A stretch of 62,673 nucleotides of DNA, counting the filler, from Choristocarpus tenellus KU-1152 (taxonomy: Eukaryota > Protista > Phaeophyceae): assembly GCA_964200185.2 (NCBI GenBank). It is 8 parts of 8 records of this genome, joined end to end, with 100 filler letters (N's around TTAATTAATTAA, not from the genome) between each part and the next. Parts side by side here need not be neighbours in the genome. Positions count along the whole stretch, not along the records: positions 1 to 6,033 come from CAXNAD020009114.1; positions 6,134 to 11,130 come from CAXNAD020012232.1; positions 11,231 to 22,409 come from CAXNAD020002464.1; 5 more parts are not named here. One strand, written 5' to 3'. The notes under the pieces are model-generated. The model worked only from the letters and a program-made list of their open reading frames with translations, made no database searches and was not told the origin of the DNA. A program made the translations under genes and the position numbers. The first letter of the stretch is position 1, and every line of letters starts with the position of its first letter. Below are positions 1-11,663 of the stretch, in pieces.

Positions 1-42
1 TTTTTTTTTTTTTTTTTTTTGTGTTTTTTTTGGGGTTTTTTT

Positions 43-100
<58 letters not shown>

Positions 101-1944
101 GATGATGATCCTGTGGGCTGGCTGCATTGTCTCCTTAGTCACCACTATGGTGTGGGGGTGGAGGAGTCTGGGTGCATTTGCACTGATTGCGTGTGTCTAC
201 TTTTAGTGGAGGTTATAGAGTGGCTTGTAGTGCTGGTGCTCTTTGCTTGGATCTCAATATACTGAACCAAACTGATAGACACAACTTTTTTTTTTTAGGT
301 CTTTCACTATGAGTTTGAGGTCTTGAAAGTTGTCAATCCTTCGAAAACTCAGCGAGCATTGTTTTGTGTAGGTATCATGTTTACGGAAGACCCTTTGTTG
401 TTTGTATGTATGACATACAAGCAGTGGCCAATTGTATGTCTGATATACTGTGTTGAAATGCTTTCTTCAAATTGCTAAAGGTAGCTTGTGCTCGTAAGGA
501 TAGTTTAAAGTGTGCATGTAGACACATCTAGTAGTGCAATGATAATATAGATTGGACATGTGTGTAACTGGATTTTTGAAGCTTGCTTGAACAAGGCAAT
601 AAAATTGTGATGGTACTTGAAGTAATACTGAATGAGATCCAAATATATGCTTACTTGATGGCAATGAAATATCTGAGTTGTAATGAACCATAGGGCTTTT
701 TGAATGCGCAGCTTCAAAATATTGTTCCCCATCGAATGTCCACATCACACACAGGCATTGTTCTTGTGCTACTCCGAAATTTCATTGCGCCACTAATCGT
801 GGGTTAGAAAGCTCAATAGCTTTAGTAGGTAAATATGAAGGATTCTCCATCCCAGACCACCTTAACCGGATATGAGTGAAAACAGGGCCCATGCATGGGA
901 TAGGGAGGACAAGTTCTTGAGGTGTTAAAAGTCTTACTAGATGTTCTTGAAGGCACATATACTGAAATAATTGAACTTAGGGCTGACTCTTTTCCAATTT
1001 CTCGAGTCATTGCTCAGAGTAGATCAAGGAGGACGCAAGACTACTCTGATATTGAAGAAGACCTTGAGGATCAAGTGGTAGTGGTTCAGTTTTGGGTTGC
1101 TCAATAACAATGAAGCAATTGCTACTAGTACTGTTCAGTGCTTGCCTTAACCTTTTGATTTGGCCTTTGCATTTAGTCAGCTGGATTATCGATTCTCTTT
1201 CAAAGCACAGGGCTGGAAGATGTTGCTACTGATAGCCCCTCTTAACGATGTAGCTCTTTTAACCATGAACTTTCCTCCCAACACCTATGCTCACGACCTG
1301 ATACTACTAACTTGCAAGAGCTTTGAGCTGCATTGATTCACCAGTTGTAAGGATATGCTGATCATACATAAAGAGTAGCAGCAAACATAGCATCAACGAT
1401 TGATTGATTACTGAGCTCCTTGACCTATATTTATAATCAATATGTTAAGTAGCATGTTCGTTTGTGAATGTTAGCTTCTAGAGAGTTGTACTGCAGCAGT
1501 AGTAGATTTGACCAATATTTGAGGTGCACAGACAACTCCAGAGCATATTAGACTGGTTGCCCTCAATCTATTCCCCAAGAGGTGTCAACTTCTAGGCAAG
1601 TCTCTGGATAGTTTTTTTCTATCTTCTAGAACATGTGTTTGTGAACATATTTTTTTCTTTTTAGTCATCACACTGCCAGAAATGAGATAGAAAACATGCT
1701 GATGGTCAATGCGATAGACAACCTCTCTTCTACGGACTGCCTCCTTGTTACGTATTTTGTGGTGTACTTTAGTTAGCTGTATTTTGAAGGTATTTCCCGT
1801 GATGATGCTTCCCCATCGATACCAACTCAGTTCTTCTCACTAGTCCCTACCCTCCATCCTTGCCTCAGTGTGACATATATTAGGCCACAAAGTTGTGATA
1901 TTTGCTCCGAAAATATGTGTTCATGCAACATTCCTATCCATAAA

Positions 1945-4138
1945 TTATCGAAATGGGTAGTAGCTGATGCTGGCAAAGCGGTCCCCACAGGCTGCACATG
2001 TCTTCCTACCCCTATCTCTGTTCACTGGAGCAGTCCAACTCTTGTACTCCCTGCACTGAAGGCAGTAGGCCAGGTAAAAGACATCCCGACCTTCACATCG
2101 AGTCTTCCCTTCTCCCTTTGACTTTGTCTTGGATGCACAATTTCTAGATTTGTCAGCTGTGGAGCAGTCCTTCAGATTGCCCCGCTGTTTTGATCCTCCA
2201 ACTGTCCCTCTGATATCCTCTCCTTTACCTTGGAGAGGTTCACCGATGTCATCATCATTTTTAATAGGGCTTCCACATCCTTCACGAAGGAGATTTATGT
2301 CATCTCTACCACTGCTGCTCTTAGCACCTTGTGGTACAGGAGTGGCTGCTGTCTTAGCATCCTCCTTTTCCTCTTCACCATGGTGTGAAGGTGGACTCTG
2401 TCTACTACTGAGATGACTACTAACACATATCTTGCCAGAATCATTGATTGTGTTTACTTGGTCTTGACTTTCAATGGGGGGCATGACACCGACAGTAAAC
2501 GGGGCGTCTTCATTCCTTCCCCTCCTTTGCCTCCTGCGATCACCCCTGCTGCCATCAGCAGTGCTCTTGTCAACCTGGGACTTGCTATTGGAATTCCTAC
2601 TTGCCTGCTTTATTCCCTCACATCCACACTCTCTATTACCCATGTCATCACCTCTACTCCAGTCTACATCCCCTTCACTTGTAGTCCCGCCCTCGGTCAG
2701 GGTAGAGCTTCGACTTTGTTCTGACTTTGTATTTGGGACACTAGGGCATGGAGCTCTAGCTCCATTTAAACTGGAATCTTGTTGTGGGAAACCTTTGACC
2801 TCTTGGCATGCTCCCCACACTGAAGTATTCATTGCTTCTGAGGCGACACTGCTGGTGGAAGAAGCCACTCCCTCCACGGGAATGAACCTAGGTGTTGCCA
2901 TGGTGTTGGGCATAGTGGTCGAGGTTGGGGTGGGGTGAACAAGCTGCTTTTCCCTTGCGAGAATGTGAGAAACGTCGTGGAAAACCTGTGCTACCTCCAA
3001 AATCTCCATGCTCTCCAATACCACTGAATTCTTCATGATCACCACCTTTGTTATTTCCATTTGTATCATCACCATTGCCTACTTCACACCTGTTTTTGCG
3101 GAGGCTTTTGCCAAGTCGCTCTTCTGCTGTGCCAGGCCGGGCCCCCTTGCGCCCTTTCAAACTTGGTCTTCTTGGGGAATAGGGTACATGCATATCAGCA
3201 GACGGGGCGATGACTGATGCAGTGACATCAGTCTCAGCTTTCACTGCAACAACACCAGATTGAGATGGTGACGATAATGACTCTGTTACTGTTGACACTG
3301 TTGGCACTGCTGGCACTGTTGCCACGGTTGCCATTGATGACAATGTACTTTCCTCTTTGCTCCTCATTTTCAATGCCTTTCCAGTATTCTCTGCCCCCTC
3401 TCCAGTCTTCAACACCTCCTCAAACTTTTTCCTGTCTAAATCTGCTGTCGCTTCATTCCCTGCCTCTACTGTTGTTCTAGCCTGCCCACTCCCCTCCTCA
3501 GTCATTGTTTCACTGCCATCACTCGTGGGGGGTTGCTGATGTTTGTCCTTCTGTGGCCTGTTTGACTTTTCTAGAACTTGTTGCCCTGCTCCAGATTCTT
3601 TCTTCTCTTGCCTGCCAAGAAAGAGCCTCACCTCTTGGCAGTCACAATCCTCACATGGAGAGGGAGTGCCAATAACCGCGTTTGCAGATGCACATAGTTG
3701 CCCCCATCTGAGTGCATTTTCTTTGTTGTAACCCTCTATCCCACTCACCCACACCCCCTGTGCCTGATTCGATCTGCTACACCGTTCATTTCCTTTTTCA
3801 CTAGCCCAGGGTCCCACCCTCATACCACCATTTTCCAAACCTATCTTATTGGTAGTCTGCTGCCCTATCTGGATAGAGAGTGCAGCGGCTGTAGGAGTAG
3901 TCCCTAACTTTCTCCATCGCTGGCACCCACAACATTGTCCTTCAACAAAGGTGGCTCCACAGGTACACTTAAGGAAATTTCCTCCACGGCCTCCTGGATG
4001 TTGATCCCATGCACTGCAGCTAGGGCATAGGACATCGTGGAAGCAGGAATTGCATCCTTTGCTGCCATGCTTCCCTCCACAACATTGGACGCTTGCTACA
4101 CCTTTCTCACCTTCTATGCTTTGCCACCTCATGCATTC
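1945..4138 (-). CDS. Cys-rich, putative zinc-binding, low-complexity protein; 3' part of a spliced gene
   Basis: Long ORFs 2888-4132 and 1945-3075 overlap in different frames. Acceptor cgacag|GAA opens an exon at 4138. A candidate 136-nt GT-AG intron (2954-3089) joins the two frames. N-terminal Cys/His cluster (CCGG..GCNSCFH..LCPSC..CTCG..CCGC), central S/T/E-rich low complexity, C-terminal CLQC-x16-CAAC. 5' exons not resolved. Confidence 0.6.
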
Positions 4139-5950
4139 CTGTCGATTTTTTTTGTAGAAACAGTGAATGGTCGGAGGGTGAGGACGAGGTTAGGTGTAAT
4201 ATATATATATAACTACTACACAGGGTCATTACACAGAAGAGACCTAGTTAAATCGAGACTGAGAAATAACCTCCATTTTGGGTATGAGAAATAGTATCTC
4301 TTGCCCATCTTTTGAATGCGCTTCCTACTATTAGCTTTTGCACTACTAATCCCCCTTGTTTATGAAAGGAAGATAATTTTTCAAACAACAGACGTACTCA
4401 TACAAACCCTAACCCTAAATTATAGTGCAATTCGTGAGCCCTGAAAATAAATATAGCTTATATCCGCCCTTCCAACATGCTATGGGTGCACCACCCAGGG
4501 GAATGATGGCTGACGGATGTACTTCTTCTATGCCTACAAGGTAAGAATGTGAGACCTGAATCTGATCTTCTGCTACGATTTCAGTGGTTTAAGATGTACA
4601 TATACCAGCAAAAATAGTGAAAAATAAAAATCTCCAAATCAAAGGTCAAATGTGAAGGTTGATCAGTAACAGCACATCCAGGAGCTTGTGATGGATTTAA
4701 TGTATGAGTAGACGCCTGCTACTGCTGCTCTGTATAAATGCTGTATGATGTTTTCATTTTCCCATGATAACCTTCATTGATGTTGTTGCAAATGAATGGA
4801 AAAACCACTTTACCGAAGACAAACCTGAGTCTACTCAAAATGCCTAGCAACAAGTGGAAGTTTTGCGATGCACACAACAGGGATCTATGTCGTTAGCCTT
4901 GTACTATGGACAAACCCATAATTTATCTCACAAATGTCTTCCGCATCTCCTCACAATAAATAAAGCACAACACAGAACATGTGTTGTATACAATATGGTA
5001 CAGCTCTATTTCATTTGTAGGAAACAAGGTGAAATGGTCACATCCTTAGATTATTGAGTAATTGCGACCCCTATTTCTTCTGCCTCCCGGTACATGTGAA
5101 TCTAGCACTCTGGAGGGCGATTAAGGCCTTTTGTGGACGGATGCTTGTCTCCTCTTCAACAGTCACGGCCTCCCAAGGGGTGTGTGTTAACTGCATTTCC
5201 AGAATCGGGAGATGGAGCAACAGACAGATAAAAAATCCTTAATTACTCAAAGGGGTCAGCCTATATAGACCCCTATCTTAGGAAGGATAGCTCTTGAGAC
5301 TTGTTGACTATATTTTCTACTGTATGGTATGCTTTCTCCTTTCTTGCATGCTCTTTGTTTTCTAATTCTGATACATGCATACAATAATAGTACCTGAGAG
5401 CGCATCTCTGGTTTTGTTCCACAAAATTTTCGTGAGATTGCAGCTCACCTCCTTTCACATCGTTCTCAAACATCCCTACCACCTAGCATGTTGGCACATC
5501 TTGTCCTACTACGATATGAAGAAGATATTGTGCCTGATTGATTTTCACAACCAACATGGCAAATGAATGACTGATAAAATTAATTCGGAAGTCAAAGATT
5601 GCTCCACTGGTAAAATGTCCAGAAACTGTCAATAGGATGGATATGTGCTTTGATTTTAATCATTACTTCTTTCAGTGATTGCCCTTGCGGTACAACACAT
5701 CCCTTGAGGTATCTGTAGATACACATACCTCAATATTGAAAAATACACCTCGAAAATAGCAACAATACATGAGTGCAATTGGCTACTATTGCTAGTAAGG
5801 TTTTTGCTCACATTGGTCTGAGGGGTCCCAAACCGGTGGTTAAATGCGGTGAGGGGAAACGTAACATACTATGCTTGAGAATATTTCTTGATAATATAGA
5901 AAATAAAAATATAGAAAAAACAAGAAAGAAGAAAGAGGAAAAAGCATGAT

Positions 5951-6033
5951 GAGCCAAAGTATCTTAGAGGGTAAAGTCGCGTCCATTTAGGGGTCAAAAT
6001 ACAATGTTGTGGTTTTGATGTAATTTTGGCTAT
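5951..6033 (+). mobile_element. Terminus of MITE family (GAGCCAAAGTATCTTAGAGGGTA...), cut by contig end
   Basis: Near-identical to 59155-59225 and to the reverse complement of 61615-61696. Confidence 0.75.
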
Positions 6034-6133
6034 NNNNNNNNNNNNNNNNNNNNNNNNNNNNNNNNNNNNNNNNNNNNTTAATTAATTAANNNNNNNNNNN
6101 NNNNNNNNNNNNNNNNNNNNNNNNNNNNNNNNN
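6034..6133. other. Artificial contig linker N44-TTAATTAATTAA-N44
   Basis: The same 100-nt spacer, with stops in all six frames, recurs at 11131-11230, 22410-22509, 26138-26237, 29871-29970, 53372-53471 and 59226-59325. Confidence 0.98.
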
Positions 6134-6330
6134 CCCCCCCAGATACTTTTGACCAGTGTTACATGCATCATTGCAAACGATATTTCATGGAATTTCATAG
6201 GAGATTTCCCATTTATTCGACACGCAATGCCCAAGTTTGTTTCTCTTCGTGAAACTGCCTTACTGTGTGCAACAGCAACGTAACAAAAGATTCTCCTGCC
6301 CCACCCTGCATACAGAGGTAAGAAAAAGGA

Positions 6331-6435
6331 CATACATGCATACGTACATTCATACATACATTCATACATACATTCATTCGTTCATACATACATACATAAT
6401 ACATACATACATACCTACATACCTACATACATACA
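6331..6435. repeat. (CATA)n / (CATT)n microsatellite
   Basis: Directly visible tetranucleotide array. Confidence 0.9.
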
Positions 6436-6780
6436 CGAAGAAATAAATATTACTTCAGGAGTATGTTCTGTGCATGCATGCATATACACGAATACTCACA
6501 TAATAGGTAGATATACTTCCATTTCCATGAAATCTCAGATCCCTCATATTTTATTAAATCACAATTCAAATTGGCTGCCAACCTCCAACATTACTTGAAA
6601 ATTATTGCATTTATACAACGAATAAAAAAATAAACAGTAATATCAATGGAGGTACTCCGGAGTGGATCGCTTTGCTTGTAGGGAGGAGGAGGGAGTATAG
6701 AGTAATCCACATTCCATACAGCAGTCAAAGAAGTGAGAAAGAGGAAGTAATCAAATCTAGAAGCTCCCCTCTTCACTTAC

Positions 6781-8794
6781 CACTGAATGTATCCCCAAAC
6801 TCCTTTGATATTTTCTTCAAGTTCTTGATGCTAACCCGCCCTGATTGTAATGGGAAGAGAACATATTACTCTCAAAAAAAGGTTTCGATTTGTTGTAGAC
6901 TTAGTGAGAGCAGCAACAAAATAATACCTTGGTGGTCAGGGGGGTCAGCTGGTGGTCCGTGGAACAATCATAGAGCATTCTTCAAAAATATTGCGGGTGT
7001 GTGAATGCCCTCACCAAAAAATATGTGTATGGGTCTCACACGCCCTGTACCTAAATTTTACCACCCCAAGAAACCTTGATGAGAAAATGCTAATAAGACT
7101 TCCTCTTCGAACCAGTATTGTAGTGTGACTCTGCTGGACGGAGTGTGAAGAAGGTTGAATGACGTCATTTGAACAAATAGTGCTCATCAACATACATGAC
7201 AGCCAACGAACAATCTGCAACACAAAAGGTGTGAGCTTGTTCTTCATACTCTGAAGCACAGAGATAGATAATTTTGTCGATGAACAAAATTTTTGGTCGG
7301 GATTAAGCTCATACAAGCTAAGGAGTTGCTGTAAAAAAGATGGTGTAGCAACTAGTGACAGGTGAAGGGCAATGTGGAGTTGGGCGACACGGTGATTGAT
7401 CGCTGCTACTAACTATTAACACTACTTACACATCACGTGAAACAACATGAAATACCAATTAATACAAATACATGCAAATTGATTGCATACATAGGAAATG
7501 AGGATAGGTGCCAAGCACTGATGCTCAGAAGACCCCTTTGGAGTACTTCCTCACAGAGCATAATATAATAAGTGTGCTTCTAGCATTTACTCAAGAAGAA
7601 TAATCCGAAGACACCCTCCTGTGTCGTATTCTGTATTCATTGCCTGGTGTGCCCATTGAGTGTTGTTATTGACAGCCTTTACAACAAAATTACCTCGAAA
7701 TGATGCAAGGAAATATGCCATCCGTAATTATCTGGGGCAGTTTGATTGCATCAAAATATTAGAGAAGCATACTTCGCAGAGCTTGTGTATGATGCCACAC
7801 CACTACACATATTAAACTTCGAGACTAACTGCCAGCTAAAAAACATTCTGCTCACTGAAAATTAGGCAGATTCTTTATTGTCTTTTGCGTGGAATCTTTA
7901 TGTGGGACTAGATCTGCACTACTATGATAACATGTGGGCATAAGCAAGGAGATGACATTTTCTCAAGTTGGTCACCCCAAGACAAGTTCGAGGTATTCTT
8001 TTTAGCAGGGGCTTTGCCGAGATGCACTATAACTATAGCACCTGCTACTACTGAATAAAACGATAGTAGTGCTCCTTACTACGAAGTACAGTGTAGACTC
8101 AAGTTATTATTATTCAATGTGTGCATGTGTCCAAGTTGAGGTACCTGTGTTATCGTCGTCTATAAGCCCAAAGAGAGTCCTGATATCTTTTTCTTCCCTA
8201 TCTTCTCGCTAGTATTGCATGCCAAGGTGTAGATTCGGGTGTGGGTGGGTTAGGACGCACATGTATATAGTAGCTAGTGCAGGTCAGTCCGGGAGTTGGC
8301 AGTGCGATCTGACCATGTGGCAAACCTACGTCATTGACATCATCTACCATTTTCCATCCTTGTCGAGATATAGAACAAATAACAAATGACTCGCCAATTA
8401 GAAAGAACATACAATAAGTTCAGCCAAGTTCTCGGCAAACTCCACGAACGTGATGCTGCCTCCCTTTTTCCTGGCGTTGATCTTCTGCATCATCTCGAAC
8501 ATCATGGGGTTTTTATCATTGAAACCTAGGCTCTGCATTGAGTCGATAAGCTCACTGATCCGGATTACTCCTGTTGTTTAGAGGATGTTCTGGTTGGATT
8601 GCATGCACACACAGGAGGTAGATGCTGTCCTATGTTGGTACTCGAAGTGAAACATCGTTGATCAAGAAGAGTAAGACTGACTTCGCACCTAGGCCCTTTA
8701 CATCGAACCGATCAAAGGCTTCCCGCAACTCCCTCATGCACTCAGGAATAAAGTCGCGGATTTTCGGAGTATCAATCTCGTCAAAGTGCTGCAT
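6781..8794 (-). CDS. Divergent centrin/caltractin-like EF-hand protein, 3' partial
   Basis: Phase-consistent GT-AG exons 8794-8689, 8570-8413, 8208-8145, 6840-6781 give MQHFDEID...ELREAFDRFDVKGLGVIRISELIDSMQSLGFNDKNPMMFEMMQKINARKKGGSITFVEFAENLAELIREDREEKDIRTLFGLIDDDNTGRVSIKNLKKISKEFGDTFS. This matches the centrin pattern (..MxSLGF..; DDDxTGxISxKNLKxxxKExG). The final exon was not found before the contig end. Confidence 0.85.
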
Positions 8795-9238
8795 GGTTGT
8801 ACAAGTATAGTAGCACAAGTTGTATTAGGTCTCTAATAGAATATGTACTCCTCCAAAATTACGAAACATGAGCACCACAATATGGTTACGTAAACATACG
8901 TGTTGATCCTCTTTTCTCCATTTATGCCTTCCATGGTGTGGAAACCTCAACATATCCTTCATCACGAACCTAATTACAACTCAAAACAGTAGTCCTCAAG
9001 GGTTGCATTACTCCCACCAAGGACATTCGAAGTAATCGTCACCTTTCCTTAAATCACAGGCGCCGAAAGAGACGAAGGCAAAACTTCTCGCCCATCTGTA
9101 CTGGGCAAAGCTAGTCAATCTTGCATTATTTGAGAGAAAATTGCCTGGAGACAACCTGGCAAGGAGAGACTGGGGGAGCCTGGGTAAGGCAACTGGTTGC
9201 AATTAGGAGGGTGTTGCGCCCCTTCCGACCTCTCAATC

Positions 9239-10868
9239 ATGTCGGAGCTTACGAAATTGGAAGAGGATACGGATTGGTATGGATTGCTTGGACTGGAGAC
9301 AGGTGCAGCCGATGGTGCCATTAGCAGAGCCTTCAAGAAGCTGTCCCTCAAGTATCACCCCGATAAGAATGCTGGGTGTAAGGAGGCCGAGAAGATGTTC
9401 ATGGGGGTGAAGGAGGCCAAGGACTTTCTTCTCAACCCAACAAAGCGAAAAAATTATGATAAAAAGCGTGAGTCACGGCTTCAAGCGGAGGCCCTTTTGG
9501 TGAGTGAGCTCTCCATTCTAGTTTCTGTATTTCTAGCCCGTTTTCTTTGAAACTTGTATCTGAACTGGGCGTTTGCGCCAGCATGTATACCGTTCTTTTC
9601 CCCCTTGGCCAACCTTCAAGGACCCCACTAATATTTACCCCCTTTCTCATCCCACTTAGGCGGAGAGGAATCGCAACATGGGGCAGCGACGGCGCCATTT
9701 ACGGGAGGAGCTTGATCGGAGGGAAAAGAGCGCAATGGGAGGGGGTAGGGCTACAGGAGATACAGTTAGCGCAGCAACTGCAGCGCGGAAAACGAAACTG
9801 GATGAGCTGAGGAGGCAGGGTGAGGTCCTTCGTGAACAGCGAGCGCGCGCGAAGAACGCGGCATGGGAGGCAGCACGGATGTCTGCGAGGAAACGTGGGG
9901 CGGAGAGTGCAGCCGCTGCTGATGAGGACTTGGAGGAGCGAACAATACGGGTTAAGTGGTCTCGTAGCAAGAACTCGCACTCTGACGACACCCTTGCCAA
10001 GCTCTTCAAAATATTTGGAGAAGTGGAGTCGGTTTCGCTTGAAGAGGGAAAGGGCAATAGAGCACTGGTCACGTTCACCTCCTCTCATGCCACCGATGCA
10101 GCTATGGAAGCTTACGGAGAGGGAGAAACTATGCGCACCAGTTATATAGGTAAGAAGCGCCAAAAGCGTGGGGTTGCGGCCCGGCAACCGGCACCAGTGC
10201 CTGCCCACCCTCCAGTTGGGTCAGTCAATTCATTCCGTGACCGCGAGTCACTGGTGATGATGCAATTGCGACAAGAGGCAGAGCGACAAGCCCTCAGGAG
10301 AAAGATGATGGAGGAGGAAGAGATGGCAGGGGTAGGAACCGAAACTGGGCCAAAGGAGGCAAGCACAAAGACAGGGACCGATACGGCAGAGCCAGCGACC
10401 TCGGTTGAGACCAGAGAGAGTTGTTTGAACCAAGGACTGCAATCTCAGAGTAACGAAGAAACCATAAATGGTAGTTGTGTCCGGGAAGGGGAACAAGAGA
10501 GAAGGGGACCAGTCAGGAGAACTGCTGAGGAACATGATTGTAGGGCAAGTGAGTCACCTGTAACTGCTGGAAATAGTACCAAGGGTGGAAGTACTGAATG
10601 TGTGTCAGAAGCTCAAACAGTGCGAGATTATGGTGGTGCTGACACACTATTTGCTGCACCTGTGTCAAAGTCAGGAAATATATCACAATCTGTCCCCATG
10701 GTGGGTGGGAAGGGTGATTTTGGTGTCCGAGAGGATGACATTCTCTCTCGCATGTTGAGGAAGACTGTGCCACAGGCTGAGGTCACACCAGTTGTGGGAC
10801 AGAAGGGGGAACAAGTTACTCTGGATGAGGGAGATATTTTGGCAAGGATGATGTTACACAGTCGATGA
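9239..10868 (+). CDS. DNAJC17: DnaJ subfamily C member 17 / Cwc23-like J-domain + RRM protein
   Basis: Exon 1 9239-9499 encodes a J domain (WYGLLG...LSLKYHPDKN...RKNYD). GT-AG intron 9500-9659. Exon 2 9660-10868 encodes a coiled coil, an RRM (IRVKW...LFKIFGEV...ALVTF) and the family motif RDRESLVMMQLRQEAERQAL. Confidence 0.9.
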
Positions 10869-11663
10869 GTACATTTTTCTGTCTTCTTTTTAGAAGTACC
10901 TTGGCTAGGAATAATTTAGGAGGGTCTTACAGGTTTTTATTTTGAAAGCAATGTCACTGTTTTTATACACATAATCACTACGCATGATAACTCCAGTTAA
11001 GGAGATCACTTTGCACTTGTTTCAGTTGGGGGGGGGGTTGCTGCAGTTTGTCGCCACTGTGCCAGTAGTACTTGTACCAAATGGGGATGTCCTACGTTCT
11101 ATATGGGTTGAGGGTCAAAGTATCTGGGGGNNNNNNNNNNNNNNNNNNNNNNNNNNNNNNNNNNNNNNNNNNNNTTAATTAATTAANNNNNNNNNNNNNN
11201 NNNNNNNNNNNNNNNNNNNNNNNNNNNNNNGGAGGTGTTGATGGGGGGGGGGGGGGTGGTAGAGTGTTTTGTCTTGCTATTATTTAAGTATTGTTGGTAG
11301 GTGAGGGAGTAGCAATGTTCACAGCCCCCTCCCCTCTGTATGCCCTTCCTCCCTGTTCAGCTCCATCCCTCCCCAAACTCCCCTACTTTTTTTGTGTGTG
11401 TTTGCTGTTTGCTGTTTGCTTTCCACGCATCACTCTTTCGTACTGACGCACTAGACAGATATTTGCACAGTACAAGGGACCCCAGTTGGTGTTGTACTCT
11501 ATGTGTATGTGAGAATACCGCCTTGTCAATTCACTGAAACCTTTACGTGTGCCCAAGACTATGGTATGTAGCAAGGTAAATGTCTGAACCACGTTAACGC
11601 ACTATGAGCTCTTCCCAGTTGATGCTGAATTATATTAGATATGCGCTAACTTGCTCACTCTAG

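Noticed and set aside
1-206. Poly-Gly ORF and poly-G/poly-C/poly-T tracts (also at 12398-12581, 26238-26370, 59343-59375, 62643-62662)
   Set aside because: Homopolymers at contig ends or beside gaps; lengths are unreliable and the translations spurious.
300-1300. Possible transposase relic in broken minus-strand frames
   Set aside because: Similarity too vague to assign by eye.
2945-2960. G GGA AAA slippery heptamer as a programmed -1 frameshift
   Set aside because: Joining the two ORFs needs a +1 shift; the -1 frame stops soon after; a candidate intron explains the overlap.
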